Assembly (NCBI GenBank): GCA_963817715.1
Contig: CAWFPG010000004.1
Location: 199,673-263,672, forward strand
Reading direction: 5' to 3'
From: an uncultured Gemmatimonadales bacterium
GTDB lineage: Bacteria > Gemmatimonadota > Gemmatimonadetes > Gemmatimonadales > GWC2-71-9
Length of the DNA: 64,000 bases
In this document: positions 1 to 9,598 of the stretch, piece by piece
How positions within the stretch are numbered: the first letter of the stretch is position 1
Layout: every line of letters begins with the position of its first letter
Position numbers and translations under genes: made by a program
The notes under the pieces: model-generated
Databases searched by the model: none
What the model was told of the DNA's origin: nothing
Seen by the model: the letters and a program-made list of their open reading frames with translations, nothing else

Positions 1-4
1 GCAG

Positions 5-1543
5 ATGCTTGCCTTCAACGCCCGTCGCGCGCCCGGCTACTGGATCCAGCTCTCGCTCGCGGCCGGTATCGCAATCCTCGGCCTGGTCCTCGGCAGCACC
101 GCGGTGGTGATCGGTGCGATGCTCGTGTCGCCGCTGATGGGACCGATCGTGGAGCTGGGGATGGGCTTCGCGGTGGGCAGCTCGTTCCTGGTGATCCGCT
201 CGGCACTGCGGGTGGTGATGAGCACCGTGGTGGTGGTCCTCGGCACCGCGCTCTTCACGATGGTGCTCCCGTTCCACGAGGTGACCACCGAGATCGCCTC
301 GCGCACCTCGCCGACGGTCCTCGACCTGCTCGTCGCGGTGTTCTGCGCGCTCACCGCGGCCTACACGACCGTGCGCCGCACCAGCGACACCACCTCGGCG
401 GCGGCGGGTACCGCGGTCGGGATCGCGCTGGTGCCGCCGATCTGCGTGATCGGCTACGGCCTTGGCACCAGCGACAGTCGTATCGCCGGCGGGGCTGCCC
501 TCCTGTTCGTGGCCAACTTCTCGGCAATCCTGCTGCTGGCGGTGGTGGCGTTCCTGGTGCTCGGCTACAACGACGTCGACGCCGAGGCGCTGGAGGCGCG
601 CTTCTTCACCACCCGCGACACCCGCCTCGACCGGGTCGCGGGACGGGCCGAGCAGTGGCTCAAGCGAGCCTTCGGTTCACAGTACAGCTACGCTGCCCGG
701 CTGATGGTGCCCTTGGTCTTCCTGCTGGCGGTCTACTTCCCGCTGCGCTCGGCGCTCGATCGGGTGACCTGGGAGGTCGCGGCGCGGGCCAACGTCCAGC
801 GTATCATGGCTCGCGATGTGCCCGGGGCTGTGCAGCAGTCGGTGACGATCGACCAGCAGGCGATCGTGGTGCATCTCGTGGTGGTGGGCGACGCCGGCGA
901 GGCACTGACGCTGGAACACCGACTCGAGACCGAGCTCGCCGCCGCTACCGGTGTGACCCCGACGGTGAGTGTGCTGGCGGTGCCCGACGCTGCCGCGCTG
1001 GCGCGGGCCACGGCGGCGGCAACGACCGCCGGCCCGACGGCACCGTCTCTTCCGGCCCTCGATCAGGCCCGCTCCCGACTCACCGCGGAGCTGGGCCGGG
1101 TCTGGCCGACCCGGGTGTCGGGACCGCTGGCCGGGTGGGCCCTCGATCTGCCACCGAGCGGTGCTCCGGTGCTCACGCTCTTCCACTTCGGTGTCCCGCT
1201 GGGTGCTGCGGGCGAGGCGCTGGTCGCCGCGGCACTGGCGCCGGCGCTCGAGTCGAATCCGTCGGTGCGCGATGTCCTGCTCGACTCGACCGTGATCGCG
1301 GCAGGCGACGACCCATCGGCCTGGCTCGTTGCGCTCGAGCCGACCCTGGCCCGCTCACGCTGGATGACCGGGGCCGTGGCGTGCATCAGCGGACCGGTGG
1401 TCGATACGGTGGGCCGATTCGCCGACAGCGTGCGGGCCGCCCTGGGGAGGGCCAATGGTCGGGCCACCATCGTGGCTGGCCCACGTTGGCGCTTCCGGTG
1501 GACCACCGGTGCGTGCGTGGCCGACACTGCGGCGACCGGCTGA
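5..1543 (+). CDS. DUF389-family integral membrane protein (may extend upstream of the window)
   Basis: 512-aa ORF. The N-terminal half is a run of hydrophobic helices with the DUF389-like motif VSPLMGPIVELGMG. The C-terminal half is Ala/Pro-rich and soluble. GC3-rich codon usage. Confidence 0.6.
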   Translation: MLAFNARRAPGYWIQLSLAAGIAILGLVLGSTAVVIGAMLVSPLMGPIVELGMGFAVGSSFLVIRSALRVVMSTVVVVLGTALFTMVLPFHEVTTEIASRTSPTVLDLLVAVFCALTAAYTTVRRTSDTTSAAAGTAVGIALVPPICVIGYGLGTSDSRIAGGAALLFVANFSAILLLAVVAFLVLGYNDVDAEALEARFFTTRDTRLDRVAGRAEQWLKRAFGSQYSYAARLMVPLVFLLAVYFPLRSALDRVTWEVAARANVQRIMARDVPGAVQQSVTIDQQAIVVHLVVVGDAGEALTLEHRLETELAAATGVTPTVSVLAVPDAAALARATAAATTAGPTAPSLPALDQARSRLTAELGRVWPTRVSGPLAGWALDLPPSGAPVLTLFHFGVPLGAAGEALVAAALAPALESNPSVRDVLLDSTVIAAGDDPSAWLVALEPTLARSRWMTGAVACISGPVVDTVGRFADSVRAALGRANGRATIVAGPRWRFRWTTGACVADTAATG

Positions 1544-1622
1544 CGGGAACCCCAGCGGCAACGCGACGTTCCCTTGACAGGTTCCGCCCCGCCGGGGCGG
1601 TCGCAATCGTGGAGTGAGAGTG

Positions 1623-2678
1623 ATGACCGAACAGCACAGCCCGTCGCCTGCGGCGGGCCCAGAGATGGTGGTGATCATCGGGTCCGGGCCGGCCGCCTGG
1701 ACCGCGGCGATCTATGCCGCGCGGGCCAACCTCGAGCCGTTGGTCTTTGAGGGTGAGCCCTCGCGCGAGATGATTCCCGGCGGCCAGCTGATGTTCACCA
1801 CCGACATCGAGAACTTTCCCGGCTTCCCCGAGGGGATCGGCGGGATCGAGATCATGCAGCGGATGCGCGACCAGGCGGTGCGATTCGGCACCCGGGTGGT
1901 GAGCGAGAATGTCGCCTCGGTCGACTTCAGCCAGCGGCCCTTCGTGCTGCACCCGAGCTACGGCGCGCCGGTCACGGCCAGCACGGTGATCGTCGCGACC
2001 GGTGCCCGGGCGGTGTGGCTCGACGTGCCCAACGAGGAGCGCCTGGCACAGTCGGGCGGCGGCGTCTCGGCCTGCGCGGTCTGCGACGGAGCGCTGCCGT
2101 TCTTCCGCAACAAGGTGCTCGCGGTGGTCGGCGGTGGCGACTCCGCGATGGAGGAGGCCACCTACCTCACCAAGTTCGCCGAGCAGGTGGTGATCGTCCA
2201 TCGCCGCGACGCGTTCCGGGCCTCGAAGGTGATGGCCGATCGGGTGCTCGCCAATCCGAAGATTCGTGTGGAGTGGAACACCGAGGTGACCGAGGTGCTC
2301 GGCGACGACTTCATCAACGGGCTGCGGCTCCGCGACACGACGACCGGCGCCGAGCGCGAGCTGGAGGTGGGCGGACTCTTTGTCGCGATCGGGCACAAGC
2401 CCAACACCGGTTTCCTCGCCGGGCAGCTCGACCTGTCGCCGGCCGGCTACATCCTGACGCCGACCCCATGGCGGACCGAGACGAGCGTGACCGGGGTGTT
2501 CGCGGCGGGTGACGTGATCGACGACTACTACCGGCAGGCGATCACCTCGGCCGGGACGGGGTGCATGGCGGCGCTCGAGGCGGAGCGCTGGCTGGCTCAT
2601 CACGAGGTGGCCGCAGCCGAGGCGCCGGTGGTCGAGACCGCCGCCGAATCGTCGATCGCTCGCGCCGGCGGAGCGTGA
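1623..2678 (+). CDS. trxB: thioredoxin-disulfide reductase
   Basis: ATG 1623 lies 8 nt after GGAG. FAD motif [17 protein letters not shown], redox-active CAVCDG, NADPH motif [10 protein letters not shown] and C-terminal FAAGDV. Confidence 0.9.
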   Translation: MTEQHSPSPAAGPEMVVIIGSGPAAWTAAIYAARANLEPLVFEGEPSREMIPGGQLMFTTDIENFPGFPEGIGGIEIMQRMRDQAVRFGTRVVSENVASVDFSQRPFVLHPSYGAPVTASTVIVATGARAVWLDVPNEERLAQSGGGVSACAVCDGALPFFRNKVLAVVGGGDSAMEEATYLTKFAEQVVIVHRRDAFRASKVMADRVLANPKIRVEWNTEVTEVLGDDFINGLRLRDTTTGAERELEVGGLFVAIGHKPNTGFLAGQLDLSPAGYILTPTPWRTETSVTGVFAAGDVIDDYYRQAITSAGTGCMAALEAERWLAHHEVAAAEAPVVETAAESSIARAGGA

Positions 2679-3325
2679 CCGATGCCGCCGCGCCGCTGGT
2701 GGTCGGGATCCCCACCGGCAGCTTCGTCGAGAACTGCTGGGTGCTCGCCGACCCGGTGTCGCGCGACGCCGTGGTGGTCGATCCGGGTGAGGGCCACCAG
2801 CAGATTCTCGACGCGGTGCGCCAACACGACCTCCACGTGTCGGCGATCTGGCTGACTCACGCGCACATCGATCACATCTGGGGAGTCGATGCGGTCCGCC
2901 GGGCGACCGGGGCAGCGGTGTGGCTCCACCCGGGGGATCGCGAGTGGTACGACCGGCTGCCGGAGCAGGGGTTGATGTTCGGGGTCGGCGACCTGCCGAC
3001 CCTGGCGCCACCCGACCATGCGCTCCACCAGGACGACGAGCTCGCCGTCGGGTCGCTGCGGTTCCGGGTTCGCGAGGCGCCCGGCCACTCGCCGGGACAC
3101 GTGGTCTTCCTCGGGCACGGCCTGTGTGTCGGTGGCGACGTGATCTTCGAGGACTCGATCGGCCGCAGCGATCTTCCCGGTGGCGACGGCGCCACGCTGC
3201 TGGCGACGATCCGCCGCGAGATTCTCACGCTGCCCGATTCCACCCGGATCCTGCCGGGTCACGGCCCGGAGACCACCGTGGGACGCGAGCGGCGACGGAA
3301 CCCCTTCGTCGGTGATCCGGGGTGA
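2675..3325 (+). CDS. MBL-fold metallo-hydrolase (glyoxalase II-like)
   Basis: GTG 2675 overlaps the trxB stop (GTGA). Zinc motif [10 protein letters not shown] followed by GHSPGH. The longer track ORF from 2561 overlaps the trxB 3' end and is Arg-rich, so the later start was chosen. Confidence 0.75.
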   Translation: MTDAAAPLVVGIPTGSFVENCWVLADPVSRDAVVVDPGEGHQQILDAVRQHDLHVSAIWLTHAHIDHIWGVDAVRRATGAAVWLHPGDREWYDRLPEQGLMFGVGDLPTLAPPDHALHQDDELAVGSLRFRVREAPGHSPGHVVFLGHGLCVGGDVIFEDSIGRSDLPGGDGATLLATIRREILTLPDSTRILPGHGPETTVGRERRRNPFVGDPG

Positions 3326-3400
3326 AGGAAACCACCCTTCACCAGCCCAGCCCGTTCGGCTAGCTTCCGCGCCAAACCTCAGCCAGGACCAGTCGTGCCG

Positions 3401-4822
3401 ATGGCATTCCGCACCGAAAAGGACCCGCTCGGCGAGAAGCAGGTGCCGGCAGACGCGCTCTACGGCATCCAGACGCTCCGCGCCGTCGAGAACTATCCCA
3501 TCTCCGGCCTCCGGCCGCTGCCCGCCTTCGTCGACGCGGTGGTGCGGATCAAGAAGGCCGCCGCGCTGACCCACAAGGAGACCGGGCGTCTCGATGCGAC
3601 ACGGGCCGATGCGATCGTCGCGGCGGCCGACGAGGTGCTCGGTGGCCAGTACCGCGACCAGTTCGTGGTCGATCCCTATCAGGCCGGCGCCGGCACGTCG
3701 CACCACATGAACGTGAACGAGGTCCTGGCCAATCGCGCCAACGAGCTGCTCGGCGGCACGCGGGGCAGCTACACGCCGGTGCACCCGAACGACCATGTCA
3801 ACATGGCGCAGTCGACCAACGACGTGATCCCGACCGCGATGCGGCTCGCCTCGCTCGGTGCGCTCCCGGCGCTGCTCGAGGCGATGGACGGGTTGGCGGC
3901 ATCGTTCCTCGATCGTGGCGTGGCATTCGACGGGGTGCTCAAGTCGGGTCGCACCCACCTGCAGGACGCCACGCCGATCCGACTCGGCCAGGAATTCACC
4001 GCCTACGGTCACACCGTGGCGCGGCACCGGGCCAAGCTGGCCCAAGCGGCGACCTGGCTGCTGCCGATGAACATCGGCGGCAGCGCGGTGGGCACCGGGC
4101 TCAACGCCGAGCCGGCGTACCCGGCGCTGATGGTCAAGCACTTGCGAGCGATCACCGGGCTCGAGCTCGAGGTGAGCGAGGACCGGATCCAGCTGATGCA
4201 GTCGATGGGCGACATCGCCACGCTGAGCGGGGCGTTGCGAGCCTTCGTGCTCGACCTCTGCAAGATCGCCGACGACATCCGTCTGCTGGCCTCCGGACCG
4301 CGCACCGGCCTCGCCGAGATCAGGTTGCCCGAGGTCCAGCCGGGATCGAGCATCATGCCGGGGAAGATCAACCCCTCGATCGCCGAGATGGTGAACCAGG
4401 TCTGCTATCAGGCGCTGGGGCTCGACACCACGGTGGCGATGGCCGCGAAGGCCGGCCAACTCGAGCTCAACGTGATGATGCCGGTGATCACCCACAACAT
4501 CGTCTTCGCGCTGCAGATCGTGGCCAATGCGGTGCGAGTCTTCGACCAGCGCTGCATCAGCGGTGTCGAGGCCGACGAGGCGATGTGCGCCCATTGGCTG
4601 GAGCGCTCCCCGGCACTGGTCACCGCGCTGGCCCCCAAGATCGGCTACGCCGAGGCCGCCAAGCTGGCCAAGGAGGCGATCCGGACCGGCCAGACCGTCA
4701 AGGAGCTGGTGGTTGCCAAGCAGCTCCTGCAGGGCCGTGAACTGGAAGACGTGCTCGACCTGCGCGCGATGACGGAGCTGGGCGTGCCCGGCGCGGGAAA
4801 GGGCACAGCGGCCGGCGGGTGA
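3401..4822 (+). CDS. aspA: aspartate ammonia-lyase (class II fumarase/aspartase superfamily)
   Basis: N-terminus RTEKDPLGEKQVPADALYGIQTLRAVENYPISG is aspartase-like. Carries the superfamily signature GSSIMPGKINP. Confidence 0.8.
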   Translation: MAFRTEKDPLGEKQVPADALYGIQTLRAVENYPISGLRPLPAFVDAVVRIKKAAALTHKETGRLDATRADAIVAAADEVLGGQYRDQFVVDPYQAGAGTSHHMNVNEVLANRANELLGGTRGSYTPVHPNDHVNMAQSTNDVIPTAMRLASLGALPALLEAMDGLAASFLDRGVAFDGVLKSGRTHLQDATPIRLGQEFTAYGHTVARHRAKLAQAATWLLPMNIGGSAVGTGLNAEPAYPALMVKHLRAITGLELEVSEDRIQLMQSMGDIATLSGALRAFVLDLCKIADDIRLLASGPRTGLAEIRLPEVQPGSSIMPGKINPSIAEMVNQVCYQALGLDTTVAMAAKAGQLELNVMMPVITHNIVFALQIVANAVRVFDQRCISGVEADEAMCAHWLERSPALVTALAPKIGYAEAAKLAKEAIRTGQTVKELVVAKQLLQGRELEDVLDLRAMTELGVPGAGKGTAAGG

Positions 4823-5994
4823 GTGAGCCGGTGGGGCGGTGGCGGCAGCTGACGCTGCTGGCCACCGTCGAGCTCCTGGGGATGTCGGTGTGGTTCGCCG
4901 CCAGTGCCGTCAAGCCGGCGCTGGCGGCGAACCTTTCGCTTTCGGCGGCCCAGACCGGTTGGCTCACCTCCGGGGTGCAACTCGGCTTCGTGCTGGGCAC
5001 CCTGCTCGCCGCCGTGCTCAACCTCGCCGACATCGTCCCGGCGCGGCGCTATGTCGCCGCCTCGGCCCTGATGGCCGCGGTGGCCAACGCCGGGCTGCTG
5101 GTCGCCCCCGATTTCGCAACGGCAATCACCACCCGGATCCTCACCGGGGCCGCGCTCGCGGGGGTGTACCCGCCGGCGATGAAGATGGCGGCGACCTGGT
5201 TCCGGCAGGGGCGCGGTCTCGCGATCGGCACTGTGGTCGGGGCGCTCACCGCCGGCAAGGCGATCCCCTACCTGCTCGAGGGCCTCGGCACCCTCGATCT
5301 CGCGCGGGCCGTGCTGGTTCCCTCCGGGGCCGCGCTGGCCGCCGCGGTGCTGGTCGGTGTCGGCTATCGCGACGGGCCCTATGCCTTCCCGGCACGGCCG
5401 TTCTCCTGGGGGCTGACCCGGGTGGCGATGGCCGACCCGACCGTCCGGCGGGCCACCGCCGGCTATCTCGGCCACATGTGGGAACTCTATGCCTTCTGGG
5501 CCTGGATTCCCGGCTTCCTCGCCGCCTCGCTGGCGGTCCACGGCCGCTCCAGTGGACCGGCCAACCTGTGGGCCTTCGCAGTGGTCGCGATCGGGGCTGC
5601 CGGGGCGGTGTGGGGTGGGATCGCCGCCGACCGGATCGGTCGGCCGGCAGTGGTGCGCCGTGCGTTGGTGGTGAGCGGCGCCTGTGCGCTCCTCTCCCCG
5701 TTCCTCTTCAGCGGTCCGCTACCGCTGTTGGTGGTCGCCACGCTGATCTGGGGAGTCGCGGTGATCGCCGACTCGGCCCAGTTCTCGGCGATGGTGACCG
5801 AGCATGCCGCGCCACACGCGGTCGGCACCGCCCTCACCCTGCAGACCTCGCTCGGCTTCCTGCTCACGATCGTCACCATCCAGGGGGTCCCGGCAATGGC
5901 CGCGGCGCTGGGATGGCGGTGGGCGTTCGCGGCCCTGGCGTTGGGGCCGCTGGCGGGTCTCTGGGCGGTGCGCCGGGTCGCCCGCACCCCCTAG
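4819..5994 (+). CDS. MFS transporter
   Basis: 391 aa with about 12 hydrophobic segments. GTG start overlaps the aspA stop (GTGA). Confidence 0.7.
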   Translation: MSEPVGRWRQLTLLATVELLGMSVWFAASAVKPALAANLSLSAAQTGWLTSGVQLGFVLGTLLAAVLNLADIVPARRYVAASALMAAVANAGLLVAPDFATAITTRILTGAALAGVYPPAMKMAATWFRQGRGLAIGTVVGALTAGKAIPYLLEGLGTLDLARAVLVPSGAALAAAVLVGVGYRDGPYAFPARPFSWGLTRVAMADPTVRRATAGYLGHMWELYAFWAWIPGFLAASLAVHGRSSGPANLWAFAVVAIGAAGAVWGGIAADRIGRPAVVRRALVVSGACALLSPFLFSGPLPLLVVATLIWGVAVIADSAQFSAMVTEHAAPHAVGTALTLQTSLGFLLTIVTIQGVPAMAAALGWRWAFAALALGPLAGLWAVRRVARTP

Positions 5995-6019
5995 CGGAGG
6001 GCCTCCTCGAGGGTCGCCC

Positions 6020-6040
6020 CTGTCGGGGGGACCCCGACAG
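6020..6040 (+). terminator. GC hairpin after the MFS gene (CTGTCGGGG-gga-CCCCGACAG), no T tail
   Basis: Perfect 9-bp stem read directly, 26 nt after the stop at 5994. Confidence 0.4.
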
Positions 6041-6053
6041 CCGTCGGGTACCG

Positions 6054-6065
6054 CCGACTATATTC
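6054..6065 (+). promoter_or_regulatory. CCGACTATATTC motif containing a TATATT -10-like hexamer; putative leaderless promoter of the Rrf2 gene
   Basis: AT-rich hexamer at 6059-6064 ends 8 nt before ATG 6073, with no SD in between. The identical 12-mer occurs at 49918-49929 in front of uvrB. Confidence 0.35.
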
Positions 6066-6072
6066 TTCGACT

Positions 6073-6528
6073 ATGCGAGTCACTACTTGGACGGAGTATT
6101 CATTGATCATCACCCTCCACCTCGCCCGGCAGCGGGGTGAGGGTGGCGGGCCCACCGCCGCCCGGGAACTGGCCGAATCGGAGCGGCTCCCGGGCGACTA
6201 CGTCGAGCAGATCCTCCTCCGGCTCCGCCGGGCCGGGATCGTCTCCTCGGTACGGGGAGCCAAGGGCGGCTATCGTCTCGCCCACGAGCCCGACAAGGTC
6301 AGCGTCTTCGACGTGATGACCGCCTCCGAGCGGCAGACCTTCCGGTCGAACTGTGAGGATCACCGGATCGACGGCCTGCGCTGTGACCCGGGGCAGTCGT
6401 GCACCATCCGACCGATCTGGACGGAACTCCAGAACCGGATCGACGGTTTCCTTCGCAGCGTGACACTCGCCGACATGATGCAGAGTGAAGCCGCAGTGCA
6501 GGAACTGGTCACCCTCGGCGGTTCCTGA
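6073..6528 (+). CDS. Rrf2-family transcriptional regulator
   Basis: 151 aa. N-terminal wHTH pattern TEYSLIITLHLAR...ELAESERLPGDYVEQILLRLRRAGIVSSVRGAKGGYRLA, typical of Rrf2/IscR-like proteins. Confidence 0.8.
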   Translation: MRVTTWTEYSLIITLHLARQRGEGGGPTAARELAESERLPGDYVEQILLRLRRAGIVSSVRGAKGGYRLAHEPDKVSVFDVMTASERQTFRSNCEDHRIDGLRCDPGQSCTIRPIWTELQNRIDGFLRSVTLADMMQSEAAVQELVTLGGS

Positions 6529-6563
6529 CAGCACCTCCCGCCGGGGGCAGGACGATCACGCCA

Positions 6564-7706
6564 GTGCCTCCCGACCTCACCCCACAGCAACTCCAGCGCT
6601 ACGCCCGGCACCTCACCCTGCCGGAATTCGGGCTGGCCGGGCAACAGCGCCTGGCCGGGGCCCGGGTGCTGCTGATCGGCGCCGGCGGGCTCGGCTCACC
6701 GGCGGCGCTCTATCTCGGCGCTGCCGGGGTGGGCGTGCTGGGCATCGTCGACGACGACGTGGTCGACATTTCCAACCTGCAGCGCCAGGTCCTTCACGGC
6801 AGCGCCACCCTCGGCCAGCCCAAGACCGAATCCGCTGCGGCCCGTCTGGCCGACCTCAATCCCGAGGTGCGGGTCGAGCCCCATCAGGTCCGGCTCTCGA
6901 GCCACAACGCCCGCGACATCGTCGGCGGCTACGACCTGGTGCTCGACGGCAGCGACAACTTCCCGACCCGGTACCTCGTCAACGACGCCTGCGTGCTGGA
7001 GGGAAAGCCGCTGGTCTACGGCAGCATCTTCCGCTTCGAAGGCCAGCTCTCGCTGTTCAACGTCCCCGGTGGGCCGTGCTTCCGCTGCCTCTTCGCCGAG
7101 CCGCCGGCGCCGGAGCTGGTTCCCAGCTGTGCCGATGCCGGGGTGCTCGGGGTCCTGCCGGGGATCATCGGCACCCTTCAGGCCCTCGAGGCGATCAAGT
7201 GGATCGTTGGCGCGGGTGAGACGGCGGCGGGGCGACTGCTGCTCTTCGATGCGCTGGCGCTCAGCTTCCGGGAGATCGCGATCCGGCGAGACCCCGCGTG
7301 CCCGGCGTGCGGCGACGACCCGAGCATCGACCGGCTGATCGACTACGAGGCCTTCTGTGGGGTGGCCCCGCCAGGCATGGCGGGGGAGGACCTGGCGGTG
7401 ACCGTGACCGCGCTGTCGGCCGAGCTTGCCGGCACGGCGCCGCCGGTCCTGGTCGATGTCCGTGAGCCGTGGGAACACGAGCTGGCGCAGATCCCGGGGT
7501 CACTGCTGGTGCCGCTCGCCGAGTTGCCGGGTCGGCTGGCCGAGCTGCCGCGCGGGCGGCCGATGGTGACGGTGTGTCATCACGGTGTGCGCTCGGCGGC
7601 GGCGGCGGCGCTGCTCCGCCGGGCCGGCTTCGCCTCGGTGCGGAATCTCACCGGCGGGGTCGAGGCCTGGGCCACTGCGGTGGACCCGGCCATGCGTCGA
7701 TACTGA
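6564..7706 (+). CDS. moeB: MoeB/ThiF-type adenylyltransferase with C-terminal rhodanese domain (MoeZ-like sulfur-carrier activating enzyme)
   Basis: LTPQQLQRYARHLTLPEFG, nucleotide loop IGAGGLGSPAALYLGAAGVG, CxxC pairs (CFRC, CPAC), and a rhodanese tail with CHHGVRS. Confidence 0.8.
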   Translation: MPPDLTPQQLQRYARHLTLPEFGLAGQQRLAGARVLLIGAGGLGSPAALYLGAAGVGVLGIVDDDVVDISNLQRQVLHGSATLGQPKTESAAARLADLNPEVRVEPHQVRLSSHNARDIVGGYDLVLDGSDNFPTRYLVNDACVLEGKPLVYGSIFRFEGQLSLFNVPGGPCFRCLFAEPPAPELVPSCADAGVLGVLPGIIGTLQALEAIKWIVGAGETAAGRLLLFDALALSFREIAIRRDPACPACGDDPSIDRLIDYEAFCGVAPPGMAGEDLAVTVTALSAELAGTAPPVLVDVREPWEHELAQIPGSLLVPLAELPGRLAELPRGRPMVTVCHHGVRSAAAAALLRRAGFASVRNLTGGVEAWATAVDPAMRRY

Positions 7707-7732
7707 AGCGGAAGATCCTGCGGGAGGGAGAG

Positions 7733-7816
7733 TGCCGAAGGGGGGACTCGAACCCCCACGGGCTTGCGCCCACTGCGCCCTGAACGCAGCGCGTCTACCA
7801 ATTCCACCACTTCGGC
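7733..7816 (-). tRNA. tRNA-Leu (anticodon CAG)
   Basis: The reverse complement folds as a type II tRNA. Acceptor GCCGAAG/CTTCGGC, anticodon arm CTGCG-TTCAGGG-CGCAG, long variable arm, T arm GGGGGTTCGAGTCCCCC. CCA is not encoded. Confidence 0.9.
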
Positions 7817-7886
7817 GTGGGCGGACAAGCTAGCCGACCCGGCCACGGAGCGTCAAGCTGACCGCCGCGCCGACTACCTTTCCCGC

Positions 7887-8388
7887 ATGGCGATCCGCAA
7901 GCCCGACGGCGCAGGGGATGACGATGCCCCGTCTCGCATCTCGGTGGCCCGCAACCCCAAGGCCACGCACGATTATCTACATCCTCGACAGCTTCGAGGC
8001 TGGCCTCGTGCTGACCGGGACCGAGGTGAAGGCAATCCGTCGTCGAGGCGCGTCGATCAAGGAGGCGTTCGCACGGCTCAGTCGGGGCGAGGTCTTCCTG
8101 GAGGGGATGCACATCTCGCCCTACGAGCAGGGCAACCGCTACAACCACGCCCCGATGCGGTCGCGCAAGCTGCTGCTCCACCGCCACGAGATCGAGCGGC
8201 TGATCGGGTCGGTGGAGCGCGACGGGCTCACCCTCGTCCCGCTGGAACTCTACTTCCGCCGGGGCCGGGCGAAGATCAAGCTGGCGGTGGCTCGCGGCAA
8301 GAAGGCCCACGACAAGCGCGAGACGCTCAAGCGTCGCATCGCCGAGCGCGAGGCCGCCCGGGAGGTGTCGGTGCGGAGGCGTCGGTGA
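7887..8388 (+). pseudogene. smpB: SsrA-binding protein SmpB, frame broken as assembled (1-nt insertion near 7977)
   Basis: The N-terminus MAIRK...[13 protein letters not shown] is in the frame of track ORF 7764. The rest, [21 protein letters not shown]...LLLHRHEI, is in the frame of ORF 7918. The join is GAT TAT c TAC. Total length 502 nt, i.e. 3n+1. Confidence 0.85.
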
Positions 8389-8448
8389 GAGTCGCCCTGC
8401 TCGCTCGCCGCACTGTCGCTGGTTGGCCGGCCACCGGAGCAGCTCCAG

Positions 8449-9598
8449 GTGACCACCCAGCGCGGGGTCGAGCGGATCGACCTGCGGCACGACGAACGCC
8501 TCGGGCCCCTGGTGCCCCTCGCCCCGCTGGTGCGGGCGGTGGGAGGCAGCATCGAGGCCGTGGAACCGTGGATTGTCTGGCGGAGTCCGAGCGGGCGTTT
8601 CCGCTTCCTCCCTGGTACACCCCTGATCGATGACGGCAACCAGATCCGCACCCTCCCCGCGTCGGTGCACACCGGTGGCGACACCACCTGGATTCCACTG
8701 GCCTTTGTGGCCGAGGTGCTGGCAGACCCGGCGCGGAAGGCGTGGACCTGGACCGCCTCGAGCGCGACGCTGGCGGAGGGACCGCCGATCTCGCCACTGG
8801 TGTCGCGGCCGGCGGCGACCACCGTCGGGGCCGAGGAGCGCTCCCGACTCCCCGCAGGACTGCGAGCGGGCCATCATGTGACCATCGACGCGGGGCACGG
8901 TGGCACCGATCCTGGCAACCCCGGAATGTTCTTCCCCAACGGACTCAAGGAGAAGGACGTCACGCTCGCGGTGTCGCTGCTCGTGCGTGACGAACTCGAG
9001 CGCCGCGGGGTGAAGGTGACGATGACCCGGACCACCGACACCCTGATCGCCCTGGGACAGCGCGCGCCACGCTACTGTCGCGATCGCTGCGACCTGTTCG
9101 TCTCGATCCACGTGAACTCGCTGCCGAGGCGGCCCGGCTTCACCACAGTGCGTGGTTTCGAGACCTACTTCCAGGCGCGAGGCACGCGACCGCCGACGCC
9201 GCGCGCGTGGCCTCGATGGAGAACGACGCCATGCGCTACGAAGTGGCCGACAGCGACGGCGAGGACCCAGGGACTCGACTTCATCCTCAAGGACCTCCAG
9301 GCCAACGAGTACCTCCGCGAATCGGCGCGCGCAGCCGAGTTGATCCAGTCGTCGCTCGGTGAGGTGGAGACCGGTGGCGATCGCGGGGTGCAAGCAGGCG
9401 AACTTTGCGGTGCTCAACACCGCCCGACGGCCGGCGATCCTGGTCGAGATCGGCTACAGCACCAATCGCGAGGATGCCCGCCAGATGACGACCAGCAGCG
9501 GCCAGCACGAACTCGCCGGTGCGATCGCCCGGGCCATCGTGAGCTATCTCCGCGAGTTCGATCGCAAGACCGGAGTGACCCGGGTGGGCTCGCCATGA
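8449..9598 (+). pseudogene. N-acetylmuramoyl-L-alanine amidase (Amidase_3, AmiC-like), three frame breaks as assembled
   Basis: Catalytic text IDAGHGGTDPG...FVSIHVNS...FETYFQ is followed by TADAARVASMENDAMRYEVADSDGEDPG in another frame (about 9176-9271). It returns to the first frame for LDFILKDLQANEYLRESA. DRGV|KQANFAVLNTARRPAILVEIGYSTN is broken at c9391 and ends in track ORF 9359..9598. The start is uncertain: a signal-peptide-like VRVALL begins at GTG 8385 in yet another frame. Confidence 0.8.
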
